Below, piece after piece: positions 19,406-41,275 of a stretch of 64,000 nt of DNA (positions within the stretch are counted from its first letter, which is position 1; each line of letters begins with the position of its first letter). The notes beneath the pieces were generated by a model. It was not told the origin of the DNA. It ran no database searches and was given only the letters and a program-made list of their open reading frames with translations. Made by a program: the position numbers and the translations under genes. Source of the DNA: the human T2T-CHM13v2.0 reference genome, Homo sapiens; NCBI RefSeq assembly GCF_009914755.1, contig NC_060925.1, one strand, 5' to 3'.

Positions 19406-22400
19406 TAAGAATTGGTGGCAGGAGGGCAGTCTTGCTTTGTTGTCCAGCCTGGTCTCGAACTCCTGCCCTTAAGCAATCCTCCCACCTCAACCGATCTCCC
19501 AAAGTGCTGGGATTATAGGCATGAACCACCATACCCAACCGAGTGTTTCTCTCTTGATTAGCAAAAACTGCCTCATCCTTTGGTCTAGTTAGTCACCAGA
19601 GAGGAGGTGGATCATTTGCCTCAGGAGGCTCAATCTTATAGGATAAAGGGGACCAAGACCCCAGTTTCTGCTCACCCAGTTCTGAAGTTAAGAAGGAGAC
19701 TTTATCTTATCTTTAAGGCCCAGTGGCAAAGGAGGACTGAGGAGACACCAGTTTTAGTTCTCTCTGCATTTAGAAGAGAAGTCTGTGGCTGAGTAAGCCC
19801 CAGCCCCACCCCCTACAACTAGGATTCTTGGACATTCAGAGGAGAGGCGGGCGAAACACAAGTGGGAAAAATGACTTCTGATTAGGGTATGTGGGAGGCT
19901 TAAACTATAATAGAGAAAGTTAACAGCTGTAACTGACCACATTTGTTCCTTAAGTTTGTGGAGCAGATCATACTGGTTACACTAGTATAGAAAGAACTCC
20001 TTAAAAAGCCAAGGAGAAAAACAGCATTCAATATAAAACGGACAAAGAGTGTGACTAACCAAATGCAGAAGAAGAAAAATAAATGACCATTAAATATATT
20101 TAGAATGTTTAAAATGCACTAGTAACAAAAAAACTATGCAAATAAAAAGGGCTGTCATGTGTCACAGATCAGATGATCAAAGAAGATAACATTATTTATT
20201 GTTGTAGAAGATGTGAGAAAACATGTAGTTCCATATTCTATAAGAGGGACAACAAATTGGCATTATGCATACAAAATTAATGGTGTATTTGTTTAATTTA
20301 AGAAAATAAATAGGCCGGGCGCAGTAGCTCATGCCTGTAATCTCAGCACTTTGGGAGGCTGAGGAGGGCAGATTACTTGAGGTCAGAAGTTCGAGACCAG
20401 TCTGGCAAACATGGTGAAACCCTGTCTTTACCAAAAAATACAAAAATAAGGAAATAATTGGGCAAATTCCCAAAGATGAAAACTTTTGTTGAGTATTGTT
20501 AAATAATGTATATGATTCAAGTATACAGTGGATTAATTATGCCTTCCACATTTATGGGGGTTCTAAGATTGCCTGTTTAATGCCTATATTGTTAGAAGGT
20601 CATCCACTGCCCTCAACACCCACTTCCACCCCCAACTATGCCTCAGCTGCAGGAAATTTGGTTAGCTATTCTTTTTTTTTTTTTTGAGACAGAGTCTCAC
20701 TCTGTTGCCCAGGCTGGAGAACAGTGGTGCAATCTCGGCTCACTGCAACCTCCGCCCCCTAGGTTCAAGCAATTCTCTTGCTTCAGCCTCCCTAGTAGCT
20801 GGGATTAGAGGGGTGTGCTACCATGCCCAGCTAATTTTTGTATTTTTAGTAGAGACAGGATTTCGCCATGTTAGTCAGGCTGGTCTCGAACTCCTGACCT
20901 CAAGTGATCCGCCTGCCTCGGCCTCCCAAAGTGCTGGGATTACAGGCATGAGCCACCGTGCCTGGCCTCAGTTAACTATTCTTAACAAGTACAAAAGAAA
21001 GTAGTATCAAAGTTGAATGGGAAGAAGGAAAGCAAAGAGAGGAATTGAGATTTCTCAGTCCCCAGAAATTTTGACTTTTTTTTGTGGCTATAAGGATTGC
21101 CCAAGCAGAAGAATTCCTCCTGATCTTCTGTAATGCACAAGAGGCATCCTTGTGGGCTCCAGATGAAATGCAAGTATGATTTATTCATTTTGGGAGAATA
21201 GACTATTAAACCATTTCAAGTCATAATTTAAAAAAAATTTTTTTTTTTTAGAGATGAGGGTGTCACTATGTTGACCAGGCTGTTCTTGAACTCCTGGCCT
21301 CAAGTGATTCTCCCCCTTGGCCTCCCAAAGTGCTGGGATTATAGGTGTGAGCCACTACACCTAGCCCTTCAGACCATAAATAACAGCTCTACCTGGACCA
21401 GTTCATCTGCCCTTGTTCTTTATATGGAGGAAAACCATATAATGTATTATCTAAACCAAAACAGTTCAGAAGGAAAGGGGATACTATTAATAATTACACT
21501 GGGATTGTCCTAGGAAAACCAGGGCATGCAGTCATTTATGTATACCATGTTTTTAACATGCTCAAGGGAGAAAAACAGCTCTAATTGACATCAATATTAG
21601 TAGTTATAAATTGAAGCATGAAGCAGATAGATAACTATATAGCTAGAGAGATGTTGATCAATTTTTATAAGATTAGAGACACGTCACACAATAATTTTAA
21701 TAGATATCCATTGTCTAGTAAATATAGTATATCAAATTTTCTTCTTATCTGACTTCTACTTCCTAAATAGGCTGATTTTATTACAACTACTTTAACAACT
21801 TGGAAAAATGTTATTGCTAGCTCTTTAAATTCTTGTCTGTTTGCATAAATAATGGCAGATACAGTAGATTGGCTCACTCAGCCTTCATTCCAAACCCTTT
21901 TTTGCTTGCTTTACTCTAACATAGAGAAGTATGTTCCCAGACTCTCCTGTAGCTAAGTGTGACCATGTGACTCAATTCTGTCTTAATGAGACTTAATTGG
22001 AAGTCAGCTGCTGTTGCCTCTTCCTTTTCCTCCTGATGGCTTGGAATGTATAAAATATTTGATGTGTGGCATCCATTAGCAAGAAAGCAAGGCAGGAAAG
22101 TAGAAGGAACCTGGGTCTTTGAGGACAAAATTTAAACTCCCAATACCAGCTGTGAACTATTTACAGCTGGACATACCAAACAAATCAACCTCTTTCTCAT
22201 TTAAAAAATTTTCTGGTAACTTTCAGTTAAATGAAGTTTTGACTAATATAGAAATTATAAATCAATGTTACATGTGTATGGTATATTTTTTAAAGAATTT
22301 AAAATAATACTAGAATATAGATTAGCATGGTTGAATATAGATTATAACCAACTGTTGTAAAAAACAATCCCCAAATCTCAATAGCCCAACTCAAAAAATA

Positions 22401-23324
22401 TGCATCTCTCCTCTTTCATATCTCAGTACAGTGCAGGACAGGAAGGCAGGAAGTAGGAGTACATTCACCTGGTTTCATATTGCAGCCATCAACATTTGTC
22501 CTCCAAGACCCCAGAGAAGGGGGAGACAGATTAATAGGCTTGTGTGTGAAGGATTATTTAGCACTTCTACCTGAATTCCATAGGGCAAAACTAGTCACAT
22601 GACCCCACCTAGCTGAAAGAGTCACTGGGAAATGTAGTCTTTCTACCTGTGCAGGAGGAAAATGAACTGGTTTAGTAAATAAATTGAATTGTCTTTGCTA
22701 TGGGACATTTTGTGGAGAAGGATAGAAAATCAAGAACATCAAAACATGGAATCCAAAAATCACAACATAATGAAATAAAAATTAAGGAAGTAATTTTTAA
22801 AAATTACTATACTTGCTGTCTTAAAATATAGTTAAGCAGAAACTTTGTTCATTAGAGGGCTTGTGAAGTATATTTTGGTAACTGAGTTTTCTTAGTAACA
22901 TAGGAATAACTCCCAAATTTTTGCTGTTTTGATTTATTTTTATTTATTTATTTATTTTGAGACAGGGTTTTGCTCTGTTGCCCAGGCTAGAGTGCAGTAG
23001 CACGATCATGACTCATTGCAACCTCTGCCTCCCGGGCTGAAGTGATTTTCCCACCTCAGCCTCTGAGGAGCTGGGACTACAGGCACACACCAACATGCCT
23101 GGCTAATTTTTGTATTTTTAGTAAAGACGGGGTTTCGCCATGTTGCCCAGGCTGATCTCAAACTCCTGAGCTCAAGCTATTCTCCTGTCTTGGCCTCCAA
23201 AAGTGCTGGGATTACAGGCATGAGCCACCGCATCTGGCTTGATTTTTCTTAAAAATCTTCTAAAATCTTAGTGTGTATCTCAAATAACATGATATTATAC
23301 ATCTATTTACTGCTTCCAGTATAT

Positions 23325-23822
23325 GTCTCTGTCAGTTTCCTATTACTGTTGTAACAAATGACCACAAACAGGGTCTCAAAACAATAAAAATGTGTTATCT
23401 TATAGTTCTAGAGGTCAAAAGTCTGAAATGGGTCTCACTTGGCTAAAATCAAGATGTCAGCAGAGCTGTATTCTTTTTGTAGGCTCTAGGGGAGAATCCA
23501 TTTTCTTAGCTTTTCCAGCTTCTAGAAGCCACCTGCATTCCTTGGATGCTAGCCCCTACCTCCATTTTCAAAGCCTGTAATAGAGCATCTTCCAATCTCT
23601 CTCTGACTCTGATCTTTTGCCTCCTTCTTCCATACTTAAAGGATTATTGTGAATACATTGGGTCCATCAGATAATCCAAGAGAATTTCCCTATTTTAAGT
23701 CCAGCTGATCAGTTCCTTAATTCCATCTGCAACCTTAATTCCTCATTGCCAGGTAATAGAACACGTTTCAGGGATTTATTAACGGACATTTTTGGGAGAA
23801 TCATATTATTCTGTGTTACACA
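23325..23822 (-). mobile_element. MLT1 (C/D-like) LTR
   Basis: AGTTTCCTATTACTGTTGTAACAAATGACCACAAAC...GTTCTAGAGGTCAAAAGTCTGAAATGGGTCTCAC. Confidence 0.7.
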
Positions 23823-23859
23823 ATGTCATAAAAAATTGTGATTATAAGTGTAATATGTA

Positions 23860-24475
<616 letters not shown>

Positions 24476-24775
24476 GTAATATGTTTGTTATAGAGAAACT
24501 GGTTACACATAAACTATGTTTTTCATAGAACTGATTACATACAGAAAAATAAAAAGAATAAAAATTAAAATAGGGTGATTCTGTCAGCCAAAGATTACCA
24601 CTATTAACATTTTGGTATGTACTTGCCAAATATACATATATGTAATATACCTTAAATATATATATTTTAAATTGGATCATAATGTTCATTCTGTTTTCAT
24701 TTAATATAAATATCTTCCCAAGTCAGTAGATATGACTCAATACCATTTTTATTATTTGTAATTTTTTTTTTTTGA

Positions 24776-24883
<108 letters not shown>

Positions 24884-25149
24884 TAGGACTACAGGCATGA
24901 GCCACCAAACCTGGCTAATTTTTTAATGTTTTCTAGAGATAGGGTTTTTCTATATTACCCAGGGTGGTCTCAAACTCCTGGGCTCAAGCAATCCTCCTGC
25001 ACTGGCCTTCCAAATTGCTGAGATTACAGGCATGAGCCACCAAGCCCAGTCTATGATTTTTTTTTTTTAATATATAAAACATTTATGGCCAGGCACTGTG
25101 GCTCACGCCTGTAATTTCAGCACTTTGGGAGGCTGAGGCTGGCAGATCA

Positions 25150-25487
<338 letters not shown>

Positions 25488-25945
25488 TTATTCCCACCAA
25501 TCCCTATGATAACCTTTTTCATTAGTTTCTGGTTTATCCTTGCTGTGTGCATGTATTGAGGGTTTTTAGGGGAAATAAAAAAGTGTGCATATTTATATTT
25601 CTCCTTTCTTACACAAAAGGAAGCATGCTATGTATACCATTTTGCAACTTGGATTTTTCACTCCTCATCAGTACTTAGAAATCTTCCTTGTTGTTTTTTA
25701 TGGCCACATAATACTTCATTGTGTGAATTTTTAAAAAGCGTACCCCAAATTTGAATTAAAAAAAAAAAAAGGCTGAGTACGGTGGCTCATGCCTGTAATA
25801 CCAACACTTTGGGAGGCCGAGGGGGGCAGATCACCTGAGGTCAGGGGTTCAAGACCAGCCTGGCCAACATGGTGAAACCCCATCTCTACAAAAATACAAA
25901 AATTAGCCAGGCATGATGGCGGGTGCCTGTAGCCCCAGCTACTCA

Positions 25946-26137
<192 letters not shown>

Positions 26138-26535
26138 TCACTGTACACATTTAGGGAAATAGGATTTGAAGACAAAAATAACTACAGTGAAATGTTAAAA
26201 TGTTACTTAGATTGGTTGCTGGTAATGATTTCGGTGTTGCAACTCTGAAATTCTTTTGCATGTGTGATACATCAAAGAACAAATGATTGATACCGAGAGC
26301 TAGGATTTTGTGGGAGACAGAAAATACAAATATCGAATGGGGGAAGTCAGGAAAGGCCTTGTGATGTTGGATTTGAATTGGAGGCGTCAGTGTTAATTCA
26401 TGCTTTTTGTTTCGTTTTGTTTTTTAAGTGTGTTAACCAGTTTTGCCCACTAAAAAGGCCTACAAGCAAGGACAATCCAGAATAATTTCTACAATAAATA
26501 CCATTCTTCACTCTAAAGAACCAGAACTGTCTTTA

Positions 26536-27753
<1,218 letters not shown>

Positions 27754-29608
27754 AGAATCAGAACTCTTTAGAGGAATAGGTGAGTCCAGATCAGGGGTAG
27801 AAAAAGTACAAGGTGAGCCTGGAATGTTTGGTTGTGCCAGAAAACAAGGAAGTGTTAAAGACTCTTGGGAACATAGCGAAAGGACAAAGGAGCCAGGGTC
27901 AAAGGTCAATATGAGGATCAAAATGCATAATGATGGTAAAGGATTATGACACACTTGCTTTTTAAAACTTTTAATTCCATGATTTCATAGTAATATCAAA
28001 AGGAGAGAGAAGCAGATGTTGTGAGGCCCTACTCCACATCCCCTCAGCCTACCTGAATTCTCTTGCAGTTGTCAACAGTTACTAACACCCAGACCTGAAG
28101 GCCTATGTTTCTCTCCTCTGTCTGGGGTCTTTCTCAAGAACCACCTACAGTGCATGGCTGCTGGGTGACTTAGTTTGAAAGCTGGAGGATAGGTATCCCT
28201 GGGAGAAGCAGTCAACCAAGGGATGATGGAATCGGGAAGATTCGGAACCATTTCATGTGGTTTCTCAGCGCGGCTTCATTGAGAATGAGTCCCAGTTGCC
28301 AACAGCAAAATGTTCAATATACAATATATCCCTTATTGGCTTTTCTCCCTGCCCTGTGTCACTCGCCCTGCTAACTCTGTGTTTTCTGGTATCATCTCCC
28401 ACATAACCTACCCACGCCCAGGTTTCTTGTGCAGAGTTTGCTTTGGAGGGGACATCAAAACTGAAAAAGTTAAAGAGCATAGAGAAAAGAAGAAAGGCTA
28501 AACACCTCTTATAGAAAAATGCTAACTAATATGTAAAAAGAAATGAGAGAATTAGGAAGATTGCCATTTTACAACCCCAATGTGAAAGTTGATTTTAGCA
28601 AGGGCCATTAATTTATGCTAAAATCATTGAGTGAAAGGTTAATGGGGAACAAGATATTCACATGGTCTCAAAGTATTAACCCACAGATTACTTAATGATT
28701 ACAAGGAGATATACCTGCTCAGTGGAAAGATCTAGTCACCACCTTGTCAGATCACTAGGCTGGGGTGGTTTTGTGGTGGCTTAGCCTCAGAGATGATGGG
28801 GAGAAGTGGCTGCTTACCCCTGAAGCAAGAAACACTCCAGCAGTAGTTCTAATTCCATTATCATGTAGGACCTTGGCTGAAACTGTACCTCATGTGGGCA
28901 ACAGTGAGTGGGGCACAGTATTGGATCCTTCTCTGGGGGGAGCACAGCTATGTGGATTCCAGGCAGCTCCCTCAGCTGGGTTTAGTGCCTATGAGGACTG
29001 CAGGGGCCCCAGTGGTGAGGCCTGTACCTGTCCAAGGTGTTGATGGGGGTTGCTGGAATCCCCTTACTTACCACCTCACCATAAGGGGAAGTTCTCCTTC
29101 CTATTTGATGCCGGCTGGGGGATACAGTGGTGGAGGCCTGGCATTTCCTCTCATTCTCTGTTCTCTAAGTGGCATCCCGAGTTTCTGTGCTCACCAGGGT
29201 TTCTATTAGTCCTCTGATACACTCTAGAACTCTCCCTGTTATTTTTGTGAAAATATAGTTGCTTATTAGTTGTTCTGGCTGTCTTTGTGAGGAAGATGAG
29301 TGCTAGGGACTTCTAATAGACCATGTTGCTAACATTACTCTCCTCAAAGCTCGTTCTAAGCCTTAAACATTCCCTCTAAAAGACATTAGGTTATTTCTAA
29401 TATTTCAATATTATGAATATACTTTGTGTTTTAATTTCATACACATCCTTATTTACTTAGAATATTTGTAATTCATTCTTTTTTTCAGGGGGAGGGGATG
29501 GAGTCTCTCTCTGTCGCCCATGCTGGAGTGCAGTGGCGCGATCTCAGCTCACTGCAACCTCCACCTTCTGGGCTCAAGCAATTCTCCCTGGTTCAGCCTT
29601 CCAAGTAG

Positions 29609-29821
<213 letters not shown>

Positions 29822-31131
29822 TAAATAATAGTTTCTTCTTCATAAGTCAATCATTCCTGTCGTTTCATGGTTCCTCCTCAGACCCACTTCAGGGCAGATT
29901 CATTTTGTCCAACTTCAACTTCACTTTCTCTGCTATTCAGGAGTAATCTAGTCATCTTCTTTTAACTTGTTAGAAAGCAGTATGTCTTCTTAAGGCATCA
30001 GTTCCTTAAGTCCTCATGACATGGCCATGCATTCTTTTTCCTAAAACTGTATTTATTGACATCTGCACAGTCCAAGTGATGTAGGAAAATATATGTATTT
30101 ATTTATTACATGATTACCTGATGATGTTATCCTCATAAAATGTTGAGACATTGTAAGTTGAAGGTACCCCATCTGGACAGTAGAAATTTCTGTTGTAAAA
30201 GCCGGTGATGAGGAGTTCGAGACGAGCCTGGCCAACATGGTAAAACCACATCTCCACTAAAGATACAAAAAGTAGCCGGGCATGGTGGCACATGCCTGTA
30301 ACCCCTGCTACTCGGGAGGCTGAGGCATGAAAATTGCTTGAACCCTGGAAGACAGAGGTTGCATTGAGCCAAGATCACGCCACTGCACTCCAGCCTGGGC
30401 AACAAAGCAAGACTCTGTCTCAAAAAACAAAAAAACAAACTGGTGATGATTGTTCCCAAGCCAGGGAGCTGCACAGGTGAGAGGAAAGAAAGCTTTTTGT
30501 CCAAGTTGCCCTCTCATAGCCTAGACAATGCTCTCTGTCCTAGGATGCAACCACTACCACCTCAATTCCCCCAGTATGCACGTACACACTAGTTCAAAAC
30601 AATCCTTTATCTATCCAGGAGCTTCTTACAGTTTGCTTGTTATTTCCTGGATTCCTGTAGTTTCTTTAAGTTTGAACTTAGGGGAAGGAGTCAGCAGTCA
30701 ATCTCTTTCACCATATTCATCAAAAAATGCCGTTAAGACTGGGCTTAGTGGCTCAGGCCTGCAATCCCAACACAATTTGGGAGGCGGAGACAGGAGAATT
30801 GCGTGAGGCCAGGAGTTCAAAACTAGCCTGAGCAATATAGCAAGATCTGGTCTCTACAAAAAGTTAAAAAAAAATTTTTTTTTAAATACCGTTAAACACA
30901 TTACAACAGTGCTATAACAAAGGACTGGGGCATGGGTTAAAAGAGAATAAATGAATAAATGAATTAAACAGGAGTGCCCTTGCACAGGGCAAAAAGTCAA
31001 ATAGTGTTCAGGGCTTATTATAAGAAAGAGCAATTCTGGCCAGATGCAGTGGCTCACGCCTGTAATCCCAGCACTTTGGGAGGCCGAGGTGGGCGGATCA
31101 CGAGGTCAGGAGATCAAGACCATCCTGGCTA

Positions 31132-31410
<279 letters not shown>

Positions 31411-32030
31411 TCAACTCATTCAGATTTTTCTTTTGGAACTTGCTTTGTATTTCTAAACAAAGTTTTGAAACTCTTATTTCCTGATTTTTCAATTTTAGAT
31501 GTTTTCTGTTGGCTAGAGAGGGAGATTTATTGTGAAGCTAATAAAGGTTAAGTTTCAGAGTCCCTCATTTTCATGGGCCCTCTCCAAGGCCCTATTCTTA
31601 GCCATTGAATTTGGAATTTTATTTTCTTACGGAGCATTCAGCTGGTGCTGTGGCTCATGCCTGCAATCCCAGCACTTTGAGAGGCCAAGGCAGGAGGATC
31701 CCTTTAGCCCAGGAATTCAAGACCAGCTTGGGGAATATATTGAGAGCCCTGTCTCTACTAAAAATAAAAATAAAAAAATATTAGCCAGGCATGGTGGTGT
31801 GTGTCTGTGGTCCCAGCTCAGGAGGCTGAGGCAGGAGAATTATGCCATTGCACTCCAACCTGGGTGACAGAGTGAGACTCTGTCTTAAAAAATAATTTTT
31901 TTAAAAAATTTGGCCGGGCACAGTGGCTCACACCTGTAATCCCAACACTCTGGGAGGCTGAGGCAGGTGGATCATGAGATCAGGAGATCAAGACCATCCT
32001 GGCTAACATGGTAAAACCCAGTCTTTACTA

Positions 32031-32210
<180 letters not shown>

Positions 32211-33362
32211 TTAAAAGCATCCTCCAAATCATGTATGCCCCCGGCCCCATAAGCCCTGAATCCACCCTTGATTTACTAACTACTTTGGATGATGAGGGTT
32301 TAGCTAACTTAGATCGTAGCCCTTGCAACACACATCAATACACAAACATTTCCCCTTCCCGGTTTCCCAAAATGTAGTCAAGCTATTAATTTTTAGTTCA
32401 TTTATCATGTTTTAGCCTCTAAGGGCCCTTTCTTGTTATCTTTTCTACATTAGCCTGTTCTTTGTCTTATGGATCCAATATTCGATCTCTCCAGCAATAT
32501 TGTAGGGGTTGTCTTATTTTGTTTGTTGGTTGGTTAGTTTTTTAGTTTAGTTTTATTTTCTCAATTGTCTGTTTCCTTTTAAGTTCCTTTTCCCTCATGG
32601 TTTGTTTTGGCCTCTCTCTTATATTGGAGACTTTCCTAAAATGGGTGGTCATCCAACCATATTTAAGAATGAGGCACCAAAGCTGGACATAGTGGTGCAT
32701 GCCTGTAGTTCTAGCTACTTGAGAGACTGAGGTGGGAGGATCGCTTGAGCTCAGGAGTTGGAGGCTGCAGCAAGCTATGATTGCACCACTGCATTCCAGC
32801 GACAGAGCGAGATCCTGTCTCTAAAAAAAAGTAATAAAATAAAATAATTTAAAAATAAGAATGAGGCACTTAAAAGCTAATCAGAAGCTCAGGTTGGGGA
32901 GTTTTCTAAATGGTGAGTGTGGTAGGAAACCTGAAAGGTAGCACCCAGTGATCCTCACCTCCTGGTATTCATGCCTGTGCAACAAAAGGATTAACCTTGC
33001 CCCAAGAAGTATCTGGCCTTTACTCTCACTTTCTGGGAGGTAATCTCTAAACTCTTGGAATGTTCTTTGTTTACCTGGGGGCCTTGGGCCATGCCAGATG
33101 GTCTATGCTAACTATGTGATATATGGTAGGGGCTCTGAACCATGCATTGTCAGCTCAACCTCAGGAGGGGGTTGGACATGAAGGCCAGCCACACAGGCAG
33201 TCAGCCACGTCTACATGACCAATAAAAATTCTGGACACCAAGGCTTGGAGGTGCTTCCCTGGCTGGGAATATTGCATGTGTATTATCACACATTGTTACT
33301 GTGAGAAGAATAGCTCCACTGGGAGAGGACAACTAGATGCTCTGCATTTAAAACTCTCCTGG

Positions 33363-35935
<2,573 letters not shown>

Positions 35936-37178
35936 AAAACTCTCCTGGACACTGTCCTATGTGCCTCTTCAGTGAGTCCTGTGAGTCCTTCTAACAAATT
36001 GTCAAACATGACAGTGTCTCAGGGACCCCAAGCTTGCAGTTGGGGTCAGAAATCATGGTGCTCTTGGGGATTCCCTACATTTGTAATATCTTTATGTAGT
36101 CATGTCTCCTTTAGTATGGGCTGGACTTAGGGACTTGCTTCTATCAAATAAAATATGACAGAAGTGACAGGATGTCCATTTTAAGATTAGTTTATAAATA
36201 AGATTAGTCTTCCATTGTGGGTGCTCTCTTTTGTGTTGCTTGCCCTGGGAGATGACAGCATTCATGTCCTGAGGTGGCCCTGTGGAGACGCCCACTCATC
36301 CTGTGATCAATAACCACACATAATTGAGGTTGGAAGCGGATCCTTACCCCAGTTGAATCTTCACATGAGACTGCAGCCCTGGCTGATAACTTGACTGTAA
36401 TCTCATGAGAGACCTTGAGCCAGAAGTGCCCAGCTAAACCATGCCCTGATTCTCGACCTGGACAAACTGTAAGATAATAAATGTTTGTTGTTTTAAGCCA
36501 CTATATTTGGGGTAATTTGTCATGCACTGGGCTACAATATAAGGTGATCTGGTAGACCTATGTATTGGATATCCACAAATGTTTTTATCTGGAGGTCTTT
36601 ATTTTCTAGAGAGGTTCAATTTCTTCAGAAAAGAACTTTCCAATCTCCCAGGCAGCATACGCCTGGCTGCATGAGTTCAGGGTCCAGAGCTGGAGAAAAG
36701 AACCAAATTTTCACGCGTTCTCTTCTTTTTAGCCCCTGTACAAACCCCTGTTATCTGATGCACCTGATGTACCTAAGTCTGGAGCCCTTCCCGGATCCTT
36801 TATCTGGAGAGGTTGTTGCCCAGTTATGCCCAGCTGGAAAAGGGACCTGATGAGTCTAACTGCTTTGTAAATACACTTTCAACAATTTTCCTTGTTTAAA
36901 ACCTAGATCCTTGTTCTCACCTTTTAAAGTAACCGGTGCTACTCACAAGAATAACTCCAGAGGATATGAATCTACCATGCAAGAGAAAGCTACAAAACTT
37001 TTAGGAGATAATAAAAAACAAAACCTTTATGACCTCAGGATGGAGAAAGATTTCTTAATCTAGTTTCAAAAAGCATTAGTTATAAAGAAAAAAAGATAAA
37101 TTAGTTTACATTAAATATAAGAACTTTTGTTTATCTGAAAACATCATTAAAAGAGTACAGGCCAGGCGTGGTGGCTCA

Positions 37179-37367
<189 letters not shown>

Positions 37368-39944
37368 TCAGGAGGCTGAGGCGCGAGAATCACTTGAACC
37401 TGGGAGGCGGAGGCTTCAGGGAGCTGAGATCACACTAGTGCACTCCAGCCTGGGCGACACAGTGAGACTCTGCCTCAAAATAAAATAAAATAAAGTAAAA
37501 TAAAATAAAATAAAATAAAAAGAAATGATCCCTGAAAGTATAGTCTTACAAATTGTTGTTATATCCAAACAACAGAATACTATGCTTCCAAGAAAAGGAA
37601 CTAAAGATACATGCAATATAGTGAATGAATCTCGAAACACATTTTTAAATAAAACAAAGGACATACAAAAGAATAAATACAGTATGATTATATTATATAA
37701 AGTCCAAAAGTAGGCAAAACTAGAAATGCATACATAGATTGTAAAACTGTAAACCAAAAAAAGCATGTAATTACTATAAAAGTCAGGATAGTGGCTATCT
37801 GTATAGGGGAAGAGATTATGATCAGGAAGGAATGCTAGTAATGTTGTATTTCCTGACTTGGGTAGTGCTTAATACGTATGTGCTTTATCATTATTGATTA
37901 TTCTGTAATTCGTATTTTATGTGTTTTTCTGTATGTCTGTTGCAGTTAATAATTAAGAAGTTTAATTCTGCTTTTCGTTGCTGTTGTTTCTGTCATTCTT
38001 CTGCTATTTAAATGCTGTTTTATTTTTCTGATAGTTATTTTTATAATGACACCTTTATATATTACCTTTCCTCTTAAGCAATATTTATTGCTTCCCTGCC
38101 ATGCACAACATGAGCTGTAACCTCTTCCTCCTGCCTAACCTCCTTCTCTTTCTCCATTCAATTTTAGTAAATAACATTACCTGACTCAGGGCTTACCTTT
38201 ATACATTTATCCTTCTACTTGACTTGCCACCCTTAAAGATACCTTTAGATTCTGAGCAATTACAGAGGAAGCTTTCAAGACTTATGCTACTTCCAAATTA
38301 TCTCTCCTTTCTCTCATGTATTTTTGGCAGTTCAAGTTTTCCTACATTGTCATAGTATGTAACATTCTGTCATCCTCATTCGCACCTTTATTTTTCCTAT
38401 TCCTAGCCTTATTTTTGTTTGTTTTAGATCTGGAGTTAAAAACATTTGATTCTTACTCTCAGTCCTGTAGCTAAAGTTTGCTCATTTTCTCTTGGCTGGC
38501 TGTAGTTTGCTGGTAGTTTCCTCAAGAGTATTGTTTATATAGTCAATATTCTGTGGGTTCTTGCTAGCTTAAAAGTGTTTGTCAGCCAGGCGCAGTGCCT
38601 CACGCCTGTAATCCCAGCACTTTGGGAGTCCGAGGCAGGTGGATCACGAGGTCAGGAGTTCAAGACCAGCCTGGCCGACATGGTGAAACCCCATTTCTAC
38701 TAAAACTACAAAAAATTAGCCGGACGTGGGTGGCAGGCACCTGTAATCCCAACTAGTCGGGAAACTGAGGCAGGGAATTGCTTGAACCTGGGACGTGGAG
38801 GTTGCGGTGAGCCGAGATCATGCCACTGCACTCCAGCCTGGGTGACAGACTGAGACTCTGTCTCAAAAAAATAAATAAATAAATAAATAAAAATAAATTA
38901 AAAAAAGGTGTTTGTCTCTAACCTTTATGTTTGAAGGACAGTTTGTCTGAATAAAAAGTCTTTCCATCAGTTTCTTTCCTTGAGTACAGTGAAGGTATTA
39001 CTCTTCTGTGTTCTGGTATTCAGTTTCACTGTTGGGAAACCTATGCCAATCTGAATTTCTTTCCGTTTTAAAGGACTCATCTTAGGCCAGGTGTGGTGGC
39101 TCACGCCTGTAATCTCAGCACTTTGGCAGGCCAAGGCGGGCAGATCACTTGAGGTCAGGAGTTCGAGAACAGCCTGGCCAACATGGTGAAACACCATCTC
39201 TACCAAAAATATAAAAAATTAGCCACGTGTGGTGGTGCACACCTGTAATCCCAGGGAGGCTGAGGGGCACACCTATAATACTTGGGAGGCTGAGGCAGGA
39301 GAATCACCCTGATTCAAAATAATCCTGCCCCTGTTAACTCTATTTTAAAGACCTTTGTTAGGCAGCAACATGAATTGAAAAAAAAAAAAAAAAAAAACAG
39401 GCCAGCTGTGATGGCTCATGCCTGTAATCCCAGCACTTTGGGAGGTCGAGGCAGGCAGATCACCTGAAGTCAGGAGTTCAAGACCAGCCTGGCCAACATT
39501 GAGAAACCTGTCTCTACTGAAAATACAAAAATTGGCTGGGCATGGTGGCATGTGCCTGTAATCCCAGCTACTTGGGAAACTGAGGTAGGAGGATCCCTTG
39601 ACCCTGGGAGGCAGGGGTGGCAGTGAGCAGGACTGCATCACTGCACTCCAGCCTGGGCAACAGAGTGAGACTCTATCTCCAAAAGAAAAAAAAAACTGTG
39701 TTTAAAGTCTTTGTTTTTCTTGGCACTAGTGTCTCTACTTATATTTTATCCCAAACACCTTTCTTTTGCAATCCAATTTCTTTATTATAAGTGTTTGGAT
39801 TAACAGCATCTTACTAATACATATATTATTTATTATTATATAATTATATAGTTCAATGTTTGAAATCTCTTTGTGAATTTAGAAAATACAATCTACCACC
39901 ATGATAAAAGAATCATCATAGTCCTTTAAAACTGTATGTAGATT

Positions 39945-39947
<3 letters not shown>

Positions 39948-39998
<51 letters not shown>
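39948..39998. repeat. (TA)n microsatellite, ~25 units
   Basis: Uninterrupted TA run next to an Alu-fragment tail. Confidence 0.95.
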
Positions 39999-40005
<7 letters not shown>

Positions 40006-40630
40006 TTTTTTTCTTGAGATGGAGTCTCATTCTGTGGCCCAGACTGGAGTGCAGTGGTGCAATCTCCACTCACTGCAACCACACCCAGCCTAGATTTATA
40101 TTTTTATAATGTTGTCTAGGTTCTGAAAAATCAGCTTGTAAAAGCCACAGCATTTATAGATTACAGTATATTTAAGTTACAATTTCATTTCACATTAGAT
40201 GTAGATATTCTTTATAAGTAGTCTCAATATATTTATAAGTAGTTTCCAGACTTTTTTTTTGAAGTAACTTCCAGAGGTTTTTATCCCTTCATAAAACATT
40301 CATCCTTGCACGGATTAAATACATGCTCTTTTATTATTTGGGGCAACTACACTGCCAGTGACAGTGTAATTGTCACTAGAATAGAAAAAAAGAAAAACAA
40401 TTACATTTTCTTCTGAATAACTTGATGGAAAGGGTCCAAGAAGATTCCCCTGGGTGCAATATTGTTTTTCCAAAATGTAAGTAGGGCACCAAATAATGGG
40501 TATCCTCCAGAACCTTTGTTTAGCCAAGACTAGTAACACCTTTTTATTTGTAGTAACACATTTTTAGCTGCCCAAGTTTGTTAGTGAATTGCTCTTGCCA
40601 AAGTAATCAGCAGGAATTTTCTGCTTAGAG

Positions 40631-41275
<645 letters not shown>

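Noticed and set aside
32665-32869. Direct repeats flanking many Alus (e.g. AAGAATGAGGCAC)
   Set aside because: Ordinary target-site duplications.
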